A stretch of DNA of 64,000 bases from Atractiella rhizophila (Eukaryota): assembly GCA_021432655.1 (NCBI GenBank), contig MU271181.1:139189-203188 (forward strand), given 5' to 3'. A program made the translations under genes and the position numbers. Shown in pieces: positions 1-13,284 of the stretch (within the stretch, counting starts at the first letter, position 1; each line of letters starts with the position of its first letter). The notes beneath the pieces were generated by a model. It saw only the letters and a list, made by a program, of their open reading frames with translations, was not told the origin of the DNA and did no database searches.

Positions 1-559
1 GGTCCGAATCAGACTCAAGTGAAGGGTCATAAGCCTTCTTCAACATTTGCCTTTATGGAGTAGGAGCGCAGGCTTTGATTTGATCTGAGGGCCGGGAATA
101 GCGTGACATGTAAGAGAAGTGGCATCTTCTGAAGATTGAGTGTCAGTTTCTTCAAGAGAAGACATGATAACAACGTAGAAGCACTGATTAAGTTGCAAGT
201 TAGGCACAGCACGTCGAAGCTTTTGTGCAAGAGACATACCACTACATAATGGAACAGAAGGGCCAGAAATTTCAAGCGAATATGTGTGCTGTCCAACAGC
301 ATGAACTGCAATGGGACTCGAAAAACTTGCCCAAGTTCGAAAGATGAACCACCCAGGGGCTCGAAAAGCAGCTCGTTGGTGATGAGAGAAAGCGCTGTCA
401 GTGGGAGAAAACTGGAGGTTGAGTTGCTGTGGCCTAAGTTCTTGGTGACGTGCGTTTGTGAAAATGATGGTGCTTCCATCCTGGCATTGTCGTTTCATGC
501 ACGACCGTCGTTCTACAAAGAAGACAGGAGCTCTGCAAAGCTGCAAGAAGGCTGCAAGG

Positions 560-1290
560 CTTGAAAACTAACCTTGACGTGAAGGTACCTTCACAAGTAC
601 CCAGACAAACGGCGGCCTTGCTTCAGGCAGAGCTTTTGCACGGCACGACAAGTATCCGTCCCGCAAGATAGCCAAAGATTGCTGCTCCATAACTCGTTGT
701 GTGCGAATACCCGTGGCTCGAGTACCTGCGAATACCGAACTCATCGACAACTCTAGTGTCACCGGACATTCGTGTCAAAAGAGCCCTCTTTCCAGTTGTT
801 GTTCACAGTGTTCCAACCACGTTTAATCCATCCTCTGAAGATCACATTGAACAATTAGCGGCCTTGATGGGGACACTTATCCCATCCTATATACATGACG
901 GCTCAAACCCAATGGCCTACATCCAAAGAATGTATCCCGAAAACCCACTCTCCCCTAGTCCTCTTCTTCGAAGATGAACGACCAGCCAAGCACTTCCTTA
1001 CCCACCAAGCAAGCCTCAACGTAGCGCTCCTCCAAACCGAAAAATACCGATATCCCACAATTCAGTGCTTCAACTGCCAAGGTCTCAGACATCTCGCATG
1101 TTCCTACAACAAACCAACTCCCACATGTGCTGTTTGTGGGGAAAGCCACCATATCTCTGAGTGTGATCAACATTGCAACCGCCCTCACCATGTCAAGATC
1201 GATCAAAGTGCTCACACATCAACCTAAAGTGTGCACTCTGCTCTGGAGCACACCGTTCAACCAGCAAAAGGTATGCCAAATTTAGAAGAA
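560..1290 (+). pseudogene. LINE (Tad1-like) ORF1/gag fragment with zinc knuckles
   Basis: Broken ORFs 699-977 and 895-1227 contain VVVHSVPTTF and IQCFNCQGLRHLACSY...CAVCGESHHISEC (tandem CCHC-like knuckles typical of fungal LINE ORF1), interrupted by stops and frameshifts. Confidence 0.7.
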
Positions 1291-1558
1291 GGAATTAGAA
1301 ACCACAGCAGTGTTGGCCTGAAGGGCAAAGGCCTTAAATTCTTTAAGGGTTAATAAGGTTTAGCTTAAGACCATTGCAAAATCGACAATGTCAAGCCTTC
1401 CTTTAATAAGGCTTAACCAGCTCTATATGTATGTAGAACCTTTCAGGAATTGTTTTCAAGATCATATGTCTGGATTTCTGTCACAGCAAAAGCCTTTGAA
1501 AGCAGTTTTTCTCCCAAAGTTGATCATTAAAGAAATTTAGGCAAACTTTGATCAAAGC

Positions 1559-2313
1559 TTGCACATTGGATTTCCCAAACTCACTTCTTTCCATGCTGTA
1601 GGGATCAGGTGGAGATTTGGTGGTTTGGCCGATTTTGTGCGACACCACCCTCTCATCAAAGAGCTTTATTTCGTGGGATGCAATTTCTACCGTCCCCGTG
1701 TGGGCACGATTCAGAATAAAGTTGCGACAAATGTACAGCGTTTTGGAAATCAGTTGGAATGCCTTGACCTAAGCGTGACCGCTCCTAGTGTCATTTTGGA
1801 CGGCTTGTTGCCTCACTCTCCGGTTGGTAGTCTCGCAACTCTTAGGCTTACAGATCCCTTTCATAATGCCCGGACTGGAAGCAAGACGATCTTCTTGCTC
1901 TTCAGAACTTCTTTGGTCGACAACGTACCTCGTTGCTCTAGCTCCTCGCATCGCAAACAGGATCTAGCAGTTTCGAAGAAATTGGTTGGTTTTCACATTT
2001 GCCTGATTGTCTGTCACAGACTTCATTGCAAATAGCCGATTTTGCCTATACGAGGCTAAACACCAACCAAAGCAAGGACCAGGAAACTTTCAAAGACAAA
2101 TTCTTTGGGCAGTGGCACAGTCCCATGCTCAGAGAGTTCGCTTTATGGCATTCGAAGTGGACTGACGACGTGGTAGAAACCATGAAAAAGAATATTACCA
2201 GAGAAAAGTTTCCAACGTTAGAGACGATCATCTGCGAGAATACTCCCCACCTAGGGCTCGAGTCTCTGCGGAAGCATCTTACTGAAATAGGAATAACTGT
2301 CCACTTGCAATAG
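1559..2313 (+). pseudogene. 3' fragment of a leucine-rich (F-box/LRR-like) protein gene
   Basis: Repeated LxxLxL-like segments (FPKLTSFHAVG, LIKELYF, QLECLDLS, SLATLRLT, FPTLETI); no N-terminus found; frameshifted. Confidence 0.35.
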
Positions 2314-3019
2314 CGATATCCATGAATTTTAGCGAAAAAGGTAGCCGTGCATCTCATGATCGAAGCCTCTACACACCAGAGTAAATATCACAGTTTGAAT
2401 ACACTGAAAAGTGTGTCTTACAGTAACTTAACGTGCAGTTTCTCGATGTCAAACAGTTTCCCACCCCACTGTCAGCCCTAACTTGCCTTCAAAGCCATCC
2501 GAAATCCATCCCCTCCTCCCTCCCTTCCAATCCATCAAAATTGAAACCCAACATTCCATCTTCCTCCGCATCCAACCTTCTGTTTAAATCCTTGTACCAC
2601 AATATCTGGCACCAGCATCTGCACACCTGGGCCACACAATGAGTCCTGCTTCCGTTTCCGTTCCTGAAGAGGGATAAATAGGGCAGGCGGACCAGGTATC
2701 TACATGAACCCAGGGTCCCATGGGGTGGCATAACCTGCCTAGACTCGAAAAGGAGGTTTTTACTTTGGAGGTGTAGCTGAGATGGTGCGAAGAAATAGAG
2801 CGAATACAGATTGAAAGAGTCCCCGACAAGTTCTAGTTCTTCAGACACGAATTCAAGCCTATATTCCGTGGAACCGTCAATTTTGGACTTTACACCCAAC
2901 AAAGTATTACTTACCACGGTAGCTTTGGACACCATTCAACCACAATACCATGCATCCCTTTCTCGACAAACGTCCCACCCACCCAGCAAGCCTTCTTGAG
3001 CCGACCATTAGTGCCATTT

Positions 3020-5000
3020 AATGTAGGAACAGGGTTCTTGATTCACATACGGGAGATAACATTGCTGCTTTGGTCTGTGGCTTATTGGATTCATATGAAG
3101 TGTGCGAGACGGTGCGTGTTCAAGTCTGCTCATGGAGTCTTTCTTCGAGAGTTGACATTCTGCGCAGGTCATGGCTCCAACGTGCGACAGTGCGTCTAAC
3201 AACGATACATTCACAATGGCAATGGAAAACAGGGTCAAGTATCCGAAGATGCTTCTCTGGAGAGCAGATTTACGAGTGCAATGCTTTGACCACATACTCA
3301 ACTTGGTTGCAAAGGTACGGTTCTGGCAGTAAAATGTGATGCGAGACTGATTAGATGAGGCAATGTCCAGGGATTTTTGAGTCGTTTCAAGAAGCCAGTT
3401 ACGAAGAAACGAGTCATAGCAGGCATTGGGACTTCCATCACTGCGGATGAAGTGGCATTATCACAATTGGAAGCAGAACTAGAAGGTATGGTTTAGCCAA
3501 TTGGTCAAACAATCTAACGCTTCTGCTATAGACCAAAGTGAAGAAGTGCAAGCACAAGCGGCTGCAATTGATCTAATTCGGGAAGAGGCTGCTCCGAAAG
3601 CACCTTGTTCTCCGAAGGAAGAATTAGAGGCACGTTTCATGCTCATGAAGGTACGCTGCATGCATTGTCTTTCACCCTTCACCGTCTTTAATCAACAAAA
3701 TAGCTTGCGAATCTGGCCAAAAGGACAGCCTTGAACGATGGGCTTAGAAGCAAACTTGACAACGAGGTTGCCGCTCTCCAAAAAGAGGATCCTGAAGGAC
3801 CTCTTAAGTTTCTATCTCCTCCTGTGCACCTTGTCAAAGCCTGTCCCACACATTGGAATGGCGAAGGTGCGATGATTGATTGAGCAATAGACTTGAAGGA
3901 CGCATTGCGAAATCTTTGTGGTAAACCGAGCTTAAAACTTGAGCGATGCCGATTGACAAGAACGGAGTGGGAAAAGTATGGAGCAAGCAAATCCGACCCT
4001 GCAAGTATGTTTTTCCCGTTTATTTTTTTTATCCAAAAGCTAAGACTTTGCTTTAGGTGTTCCAACAGGCAACAGACTGGATGTCGAGGGCCAACTTCTC
4101 CAATTTAGCCAGTGTCATCCCCCTCTTCAATAATATCGGTGTCCATCTCTCTCGCCTCTATGAAACTTACGAGCTTGATGGCGAAATCCACTTCCCTGAC
4201 AAGCACGCTGCTGTCCAAGCCGGCGCTACAACTGTACAGGCAGTTTTGGACAAATATTTTCTGAAAGTAGTTGAAGTTTCGAAGATCTATCTATGGGCTC
4301 TTTGCAGGTTTTCACTACTCAAACATTTCAGCATTGAAACTGACAGATACTCAAGTGCTTCATCCCAACCATCGGGCTGCATACTTGAAAAAAATTGGAT
4401 TGGGAAGAGGCTTAGATCATGGAAGCCATGGATAGCTTACAGGAGTTTCAGCAGCAGCATTACAAAGCAGAAACGGGTAATTCTGTGCGTCCAACCCGGA
4501 ACCTCTATACTTTCCTTCCCACAATTAAGTCCTAATTTGTTGCTCACGGGCATCCACCTCTGTGCCATGCCTACGAAAGAAGGCTTGGACATTGTACGAA
4601 CTCGACGCAATGATTGACGATGCAGACGATACCTCCACTGCCGACTACCTTGTAGAGTTTATCAAAGGTGTCCCGTTGCCTATCAAGACCCTGCAGGATG
4701 ATTCTGGGACAACAGAATTGGATGGCCTCAAGTACCACTATCAGCAATGGCGAGAGGCGAAGTGCGCAAAGGAGCATTTCCGTGTGAAGTTCCACGAGAT
4801 GGCCATGGATATTATGGCAGTCCCAGGTATGCAGCTTCATTCATCTCTGTTTTTACATTGATTGAAGGTGCTAGCAACTTCGGTGGATGTTGAGCGTGCC
4901 TTTTCAGGGGGTCGTCTGACGGTTTCTTACTTGCGTCATCAATTGTCGGACCCCGTCTTTCGTTCGGCCATGATGCTCAAACTCTGGGAGCAGGATGGAT
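3020..5000 (+). mobile_element. hAT transposase remnant 1 (intron-containing)
   Basis: Motifs in order across GT-AG introns: DSHTGDNIA, TCDSASNNDT, QCFDHILNLVAK (CxxH), CPTHWN, and the C-terminal dimerisation region MDIMAVP-ATSVDVERAFSGGRLTVSYLRHQL. In-frame stops present. Confidence 0.9.
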
Positions 5001-5244
5001 TCATGCCTCCTATGAAGGGGAGAGGGAGTGAAGGGTTTAATGAAATTTGGTTGTCATCAGTTTCGGCCTCCCGCCACAGGATTCACAATAATGAGCTCTC
5101 AAGCTCCCACTCCTCCACAATTGGTCTAGCACCTACTTCAAATCAACTAAAAGTAACGCCTCGACGGACCACCAGTCGCTCCAGCTATTACAGTCAAGCT
5201 TTGCAGAGTGAAGGGTCGGATGAGGCAAAACTTTCTGCTGCTCG

Positions 5245-6400
5245 AAAGCTGCAAGATGAATGACGTGAGGAGAACAGAACATGCAGCGTTCTTTTGCGTT
5301 GAAGGGGATGCCACGCTCTAGCAATCTGGACTCAATCTGTTCCACAGGTTTCTTGTTATTTGACACACCATCGCCAGTGATACATCCTAGCTGTAAGAGT
5401 TTGGAAAGCTAAGCCCTTTGCCAGTAAAGGGAGTGTAGAGAGACCCTTACCTGCCTGTCAATACCATAGTCGTCTGCCGCCTTCATAATTGCATCTACAA
5501 TGGCTTCTCCTGTATGTGCACCTTCAATCTCTTGGAAGTCGATAAAAATCTCTTTGTGCACCCAGTCATCACTATGAATGACGCAACGAAGGCTAAGAAT
5601 GAGTAACAGTTATCAGATGTCCATAAATCTTGAGCAAGGTGGATCTTTGTTTCCAGTGCCTGCGACTTTAAAGTGAAATTGCGTCCGCATGCTTGATGAA
5701 ATCATACACCTGAAACATTTCTCCTAACTGATGCCTAACATCCTTTGCCATCGACATGACTTTTCTCTTAACAGTTCCACGGCTCGGTAGTTTGAGCCTT
5801 TTCTTTCCTCATTCACTTCCATGGTCTCGTCACCACTCGTGAGCAAAGTGTCCTCGTCTCCAACAGTACTGTCGATTGGAGCTGGAAACTCTTGATCCTT
5901 GGATATGGGGACTGTCCACTCCAGGTAAAGGAGAAGTTCAAGGAACTTGCAAGAGGTGACAGTTGTAAAGGGCTGGTCGATGCTGACGATGTACTTGATG
6001 AGAAGATTATCGAACACATTTGGTCGAATGTCTTTACATAGTGAAATGAGGAATCAACATGCAGGGATTGACATACCTGATTCTTGTACTCTTCCATCAG
6101 TCGGTTCTCATCTTCTTAATCGACATAGCCTGTAACTTTACCTTCTTTTTGTCTGAGTCTGTAATCTATGATAAAAGTTACAATTAGTAAGTGAACATTA
6201 AGTGCAGAGCTAGAGTGAATACGGACAGGAATGTGTCCCATTGCCCTATCAATATCCTCTTGAGGGATGTCCACTTTCTTCTGCACCATGAGCTATAACT
6301 TCTGGTAAAGGGCATAGACCTCCCTGTGATTTTGAGCCATCCTAAGATGACATTCCAGGCTAGAGTTGTGACTTGTTTTTGCTACTCGGCAGATGAAATC
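5245..6400 (-). mobile_element. hAT transposase remnant 2 (N-terminal half, convergent with remnant 1)
   Basis: Minus-strand motifs IVSIDQPFTTV, AQDLWTSDN, IDFQEIEGAHTGEAI, VSNN and CSPHVIHLAA (CxxH); truncated just after CxxH. Confidence 0.85.
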
Positions 6401-7799
6401 ACAGTGATTTCACTCGTAGTATTTGTCCCCTTCCTGATGACATTTCTTGATATTTTTTGGCGTCTCATCCGTGGAAATCTGTTTGAAAAAGTAATGGACC
6501 GTGGCCTGTTATCATGGGCCAGTTACCTGAATGAGTTGGTAAGTAAGAACAGAAACCTGAGATGTAGTAGAGACACCTTCGAGCATTGAACATGCCGCTT
6601 ATTAGGACTAAGGGCTGTCAATGTAGAGGTAGGTTGGCCATTCTATTACCATGGCCATTTTTCAAGGCTGTTTGAATGGAATAAAGGACGAACCTGGACT
6701 CGTTTCTTTGACTTCTTGAATGTCTTCCCTGGCAGCATCTCGACTAGCTCATAAAAGATACCTCCATTTCATCATGCTCCACCTGTTCAGCATCCGCTTA
6801 CTTCCATCTCATTTTCTTCTCCTGAAGACAGCACAAAGAGCCCTCCGTCACCCTCTGCTCATCTACTACTAGATCCGCAACCAGCAGTTGGTGGAAATGG
6901 ACTGCTACAGCGCACAATGAAGCTTTCTGAGCTTGCACAATATAGGACGGTATGCCGTATTTATTCTCACGTTGGCATAAACCGTCCCAGAGCAGTTTGA
7001 GGCTCCTAAGACTGTGTTGAAAACCAGAATCAGACGAAGATTGGGGGCGGTATCCAGAGAATGCGTCATGAAATGGGCATCGTTATCTTCTTCCTTAGGA
7101 GAGAGCTGTTTCCTAAGCTCCTCACCCGTCTTGTAAAGCCAGAAGAAGCCTAAGCAATGAGTCAGAATTAAATAGGAAGGGTGAGAGAAATAATGTACGC
7201 AGTTTCTGTCCTGCCACATGGTTGTGACTGCACTCTTCAAGACTTCAAGCTCGTCGTAACCCAGAATGGCAGAGTTTCTGTAATGCGTATATGGACCCAG
7301 CCGACCTGGCCTGGTTGACCGAAAGATTCTACATAGATTGCACAAATATAGAAATCTGGAGTCACATTAGGAGATGTGTTGGCGACGAAGACTGGAACAG
7401 TCCTTCATGTCTGCTGCACGTCTTCCTGTCCCATCAAAAATGCTTGCAGTTTGAGACGTGTTTAGTGAGTTCTACGAGCAGACATGTCGCCCCGAGGATC
7501 GGCGTCCGTCGGCATTAAAACTGGTCCAAATGTAGTGGACCAGTTCTTCATTACGATGCACAGCGCTGGAGATGCGACTTTGGATTTGGATCCCGACATT
7601 ATCGAAATTACACTAGCCCTAGTTTCTGAGACTCACAATGAATTTCAGGCGGAGTTCTACCTCTTCTATCTCTGCCAGACTCTGCAGCAAGTTTCTTCAA
7701 AGTGATCTCAATCAAAGTCATCCAGTTCACTTTCTAAGCAAAAGACGCTCCTTCTGTTCAGGGCAGCCTTCTTGTCATTGACCCCTTTCCAAAATCTGT

Positions 7800-9330
7800 T
7801 GCCCAGATGCATGACAAGAGACTGCTCCTGGCAATGATAGACACTTCAGCATCATTTTTCACTTGTTAATAACCCATTCTTTCACCGATGGGTGAACGGT
7901 ATTCAACCAAAACTATAGCATGCTTGAAGAAACAGCATTCAGAACAGATCTGTTAACAGAGCTCTATGCTGACATTCAAAAGAAAAACATAAAGATTCTA
8001 AAGACTGCCGACAACATCAGTCTTGGCCGTGACGGATGGGAAGATCAGCAGAAGAGATTCATTTACCTATTGCTTGCAACGGTAAAAGGGCATGATCCTA
8101 TTATCCTTGAGCTCCAAGATCTCAGTGATGTCTGTCATACTGCTTCCTGTCTGCAACAGTTTGTTAATGAATCAGTTGTTAGAGCTGGAGTTAGTTGGGA
8201 TGCTGTTTCTTCTCTGTTTACGGATTCACCTTCTACAATGGTAAAGTTATGGGCAGATCTTGAGAAAGAACATCCTTCATTGCTTATTGGGCCATGTTCT
8301 CTGCATCACTTTGCTCTTTTGATCCGTGATATTTGTAGTTTTGTCGAAGCTTCCACACTTATTAAAGAAAATTCTGCTATTATTCGCTTTTTTACAACTT
8401 CTCATATTTAGAAAGCCAGATTAGGCGACATACGCAAGCTTGAGAATGTTACCTGTGGCTTGAGAAGTGAAGTCGCAACAAGATAGTACTATATTGGACA
8501 TCTCCTCTGTGCTCTTATTGGTCATGAGTATGATGTCTATCTTTTCACTTACTCACAGATCCACTAATGTAAATGTTGGTATTAGGCCTGCTTTTGGAAA
8601 GATTAGCATGCATTCAGATGCAACAGATCGCAAGGGAACGGGTATCAATGCCGACGTCCTGACTTCACTGTGTCATATCTCTTCTTCCCAGAGAACAAGC
8701 TCCTTCTCCATGTTGTCGGTCCTGTAGTTGATATGATTGGAAAGCTGGAGAGGTCCGACTGCACGTTAGCCGACGTTGTGCTTGAGCTGCTTTGTCTTGC
8801 AAAGCACTTCGATCAAATGGATTTAGAGCAAGAGGAAGACCCTGATATCGGCTGGGAGAACTTATTTGTCGAGTATGCAGTCTCGTGTTTCAAGAACCGG
8901 TTCCACGCCATCGATTCCGGCCTCTTTTTCGTCGCCCTTTACCTTCATCCAATGCGCCGTGGAATCGCCGTCTCCTGACGCGTCGCGAACTCTTGCAACC
9001 TCATCGATGTCAAGTCCTTCTTACTTCGACTTGCGGAGCGCTGGAAGCTTTCCAGCAAAGCCTCCACCCTTCTTTGTGACAATGTCGACGAGTATCATAA
9101 CTTTGAGAGGAAGTTTGCGGAAACCTCCCTTAATGCCCTGAAGTATTGGGAGGAATTGGCCCTTCCTCCATCGCAGTATCCACCCATTTCCGTTGCCATT
9201 CGCATCTTCAGCATGCTTCCACATGCTGGGTTGTTGAAAGTACCTGTTCTGTTCTCAGTCGCATTCATACTCGAGATCGCAATCCTCTTACAGTCTCCAA
9301 GCTCAAGCAATTGGTCGTGATCAAGTGATG
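7800..9330 (+). mobile_element. hAT transposase remnant 3 (DUF659-like region plus dimerisation domain)
   Basis: SLGRDGWED, HTASCL, TDSPSTM, PCSLHHFALLIRDI, ALYLHP and VAIRIFSMLPH...LSRIHTRDRNPLTVSKL; several stops and frameshifts. Confidence 0.85.
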
Positions 9331-10264
9331 GACCACTTACAACAAGAGAGAGAAAGGAGAAGGGAAAGAATTTCAACGGAGAAAAGGTGGAAGACAAGAC
9401 GAGTTGGAGATGCAAACCGTTGAGGGGATTGAAGGTTTGTTTTTTCCAATTTCTTGATGATCTGGCAAGCTATTTACATTAATACCGTAGATTACAACGA
9501 GCTGGATATCATTGGAGGCCTTGAGGAAGCTGTATCTGCCGATGAGGATCTTGTAACCAACTTACAGCAGGAGTTGAAGAAGGCAAAGGAGGAAATAGCC
9601 GAAGTGACACGACTTGGGCAAGAGCACCTTCCCCGACCCTCTGACCGCTACGATCTCATCGCTTACGACGCGATGCTTCAGAATGGAACAGCAGCTAAAA
9701 CGACGAGACAGGTCGTTGTCGGAACATCAAAGCACCTCAGATTCGGCGCCCTGGGATGCAAACAAAATTCTTCAAGTAGATCTCGCGAAGTCTCAGCAGC
9801 GACACGGCCACAAAGAGCACTTCTCAAGGAGTAAAGGAGGGTCATCTTCTGTGCTACGCATTCCTGCAGCTTTCCCGATGGTTCGAAGAGCAGAAGATTC
9901 AGGATCAGATGTCGTGAGCAAGCTTGCCAGTCTCTCCCTTTATTATATGCTTCTTTGAAATAAATGATATTGCCTGACTGCTAGATATGCCTACAATCCT
10001 CTGAAAGTGCAATTTAGCGTTCTGCCCTTCTGCCATTCATATTGCCATCTGCCATGGCAATACCTTCATCCCGCCTGTCAAATATCCCACCTAGCAGTCA
10101 TTTTTCTCCCCCACCAATCCACACCATTCAGGTGTGGCGGCCAAAGGTTATTGGTGAAGCTAAGTACCTTGTATGATGTTTGGTCATTGGTAAGCCTGGT
10201 GGCATGCAGATAGCTGAACACTGGTGTAGGAACGATTGGAAAGCGCGATTCCTCAATATGAGTG

Positions 10265-10560
10265 TCACTAACAACAAAATGGTTCAACATGTGCAAGTTC
10301 CACATCCTTGCTCACCTTGTCGACAATTTCAAGCAATTTGAGGTTCCCATGAACTTTGCCACAGAAAAATTCGAATGCTACAACGGAGTGATGTGACTGA
10401 AATCAAATCTGCACAGTCAAACGGCCAAGCTCCAGGAAAAGACATCGCTTGATTTTTCAGCGGATATGACTGGGTCAGGCACATTTCAGTGACACCTACT
10501 GGAAGGATGCTTCTACTAGCCAGTGAGTTTGTGCTTCCCCCAAAGTGTGCAGCATTCTCC
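10265..10560 (+). mobile_element. CACTA/EnSpm-like transposase C-terminal remnant
   Basis: Translates as KWFNMCKFHILAHLVDNFKQFEVPMNFATEKFECYNGVM*...NGQAPGKDIA, matching the KFHxLxH...FATExFE pattern of fungal CMC-type transposases. Confidence 0.65.
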
Positions 10561-10624
10561 AGGACAGCACTTTCAGACATCTTTTGGGTCTCACAATCGA
10601 TATTGCACCTCACATGCCTCTTCT

Positions 10625-10625
<1 letters not shown>

Positions 10626-10657
<32 letters not shown>
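10626..10657 (+). repeat. poly(A) tract, 32 nt
   Basis: Uninterrupted A run seen directly. Confidence 0.98.
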
Positions 10658-10660
<3 letters not shown>

Positions 10661-10974
10661 CCACATACTCTGACATTTGGTTCACAGGATCGTGAGTTTA
10701 GCACTGAATCGCAAACGGGCTATACCAGCGCAGGAAACCATCCTATACCGCCTTCATCCTCAACTTTCACCTTCACAGTATGGGGTTAGGTTTAATGCCT
10801 TTTCTTTGGCTTTGGCCCTGCACAGTTTCAAGACCCAATCTGAAGAAGACACAACAGACGGAAGTTTTGTTATTGTGAATCCTCCGGACCACGTGTGTTT
10901 GAGATTTACTCTTCTGATTCTGTAACCTATTAATCTTGCAAGTGTGATTAACTGCACAATGTCAGGTCACTTAT

Positions 10975-12597
10975 ATCTTCGAAATCCGAGATGCTCGACA
11001 TTATCTAGTCCAACCTCGATATTGGTTCAGTTAAGGTTTTTGGCCGTCGAATGGACTTTGTTGGTGTGCCGTTGTCGAATCGTTCATCCCGCCAGTCCAA
11101 GTCCGTTGATCATCCAATAAGGAATTCAACAACGTTGTGAATTAAAAGCCACCACAGCTCGAGGCAAAGAACAGGCAGGTGCAGTCGCCTGGCATGCTTC
11201 AGTGACATCGTGCACTTCAACCTGACTTCGAAGTGCAAAGCTTATCCGACCAACAAATCCGCGACTTCTTACAGCAAACTGGGTAAAATGTGCCCAACAT
11301 CAAACTTAGAGTATTCGTTTCAAACCCGCTCTGATGTCTGCACTTCGTACTAATGTTAATATTGCGCATTGTAGCGGACCTTATTATGCATCTGCAGCAC
11401 ATGATTGACGCTTTGCGAACTCGGCTGCATGAAGCTAGAGGGGTGGGTCGCCACAACCGACGAACAGTGTGGGACTCTTGACAATGGATAGCTGGAGATG
11501 CTGTTTTGTGGCGTTGTGGCAGGCAGAATGACGAGTGAGGAAGGTAGAAAGAGGGGACACAGACGGAATGCGACAGAGCTAGTGCAGAAATGTTGTAGGA
11601 CTGGTTCGATTGCAATAGACATGTGCACGACAGTACTTGAGTTATCTGGGACAAATGAACTGTTGAAAGTGCTCGTCTACATCACAAACATCAGTCCTGA
11701 CTCCCACAACGATGACGTTGGAGAGGTGACAGACCATCTTGCTCTTCAATGACCTCTGACTCCGTTCGCTTTCGGCGTCATACTCCGCACATTTAGGGAA
11801 GTGTTCATACTCAAGTTCAGTCGTATCAGCAATCACCTTTGCAGCTTCATAGCCTCTCTATCTCAGCAAGTTATGTGAACTCGCACGAATCCTCTCCAAC
11901 AGTACGCACCTGGTTGAAATAAAGAGCCTTCAGGAAGTCTCCTTATTTCCTTCCGGAGAAGGAGATGGCGCTTTGTAGTCTTCTGCAAACCCTACATCGA
12001 GCAGAGAGCATGACATGTGAGGATTTGGCTCAAGGAATAACGTGCCCGTTCTGTTCGAATGCCCAATGCTGTCCGCCACAACCGTTGCTCGCCCTGCGCG
12101 GGGTTTCGGGCTGGAACAGCACCATCATCAGCATTAGTGTGAAAACAATAAAAATACGAACCGTGAGCTCCCGTCTTGCGGTGTGGACGGCTTGTTATCC
12201 GTCGCGGAGCTCTTACACTTTGCTTTGAACAATGCTGTCAAATAAGCCCCATAGTGCGGTTGCCTCGTTTGCCCTATCAACAATCGAGCAGTGACATATT
12301 CAACATAAATGGAGAGCTAACCTGAAGTGGGTGGTTGCCGAGAATACGTACAAGTTCATGATATCGATCACAAGTTGTGATGACGCTTACCTCTTGGATC
12401 AGTGAGGCAACGCTCAAGTGCACCTGTTTAAATAATAACTGCTTTGCTTCCTCTTGATTGACATCAGATACACACGACTCAGCCAGACCCCAAAGATTGG
12501 TATCTTCGGCATATGCCTTCTCCACTCCATCTCCCCACCAGTAAGTTTTCCGCAGCACTTGTCCCGCTTGAAGCTCTATGAAAACGGATTCCGTCAT
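10975..12597 (-). pseudogene. Fragmented transposon-like gene, possibly DUF6589/Academ-like N-terminal region
   Basis: Starts MTESVFIELQ; later pieces HQSGFETNTLSLMLGTFY, EVADLL and IEVGLDNVEHLGF loosely resemble the Q..N.L...LG.F and DN motifs of that family; TCAGT-rich upstream region; homologous start near 23770. Confidence 0.35.
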
Positions 12598-12976
12598 TTG
12601 TCAGTTGGATGTCAGCGTGAAGTCAGTGCTTGAGTTGTGACCGAATTTTGACTGACCAGACTTCAGTTTGTGCCAATCGAAACGACTTTTAACTCAGTGT
12701 GCTGCAGTGAATATTCAGTACGCTCGGCACGGAACTCACTAGCCTTAGTCAGTTGGTTTTCACTCATATTCAGTTGAAATTCAATACGCCTCAGTTAATT
12801 TCCTGGTCATCATCATCGTTGGATATTCAATACTATGCATTTGCAATTCATTATACCTCTACTATATAAATATAAAGTGGTTGGACTTTGATTGATCTGT
12901 ATGAAGAAACGATCCAATGCCAGTCTGAGAAGGATCCGGAACGTTGCATGAGGGATGTGCCAGACAGTACTGTGGT

Positions 12977-13168
12977 TGTTGTTCTTGGTTCATCCTGCCA
13001 TCTCAGTTGAGTGGTCATTACTTGTTCTAGAATATTCTTACTTGGTCTCATGTTTTCTGGTTTCTCACTATCTTACTTTTTCTTGAATGTTCTAGAATAA
13101 TGTTTCTACAAGTATATAAAGACTCAAAAAGGCGAAATAATAATCATTGCAATTCCACAATAACAACA
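12977..13168 (+). repeat. 5' LTR of copia element
   Basis: Matches 17443-17634 with 3 transitions (189/192); 7-bp terminal inverted repeat. Confidence 0.97.
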
Positions 13169-13180
13169 GGTTATGAGCCC
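13169..13180 (+). promoter_or_regulatory. Primer-binding site of copia element
   Basis: GGTTATGAGCCC directly after the 5' LTR, a sequence commonly seen at this position in fungal copia elements. Confidence 0.85.
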
Positions 13181-13284
13181 AACGAGCTCATAGACACGAA
13201 AGAAGAAAAAGAAGCACCCTCCCAGCCAAGCACAAACCAAAACACGCACGACGCACCAATCCCCGCTAGCAGCACATCGTAACC

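Noticed and set aside
3360..5245. Idea that the convergent hAT pieces are one gene split by an inversion (GATGAGGCAA occurs at 3354 and 5219)
   Set aside because: The plus-strand element has its own DSASNN and CFDH motifs at about 3170-3310 spliced to GFLSRF, so these are two separate elements; the 10-bp match is probably chance.
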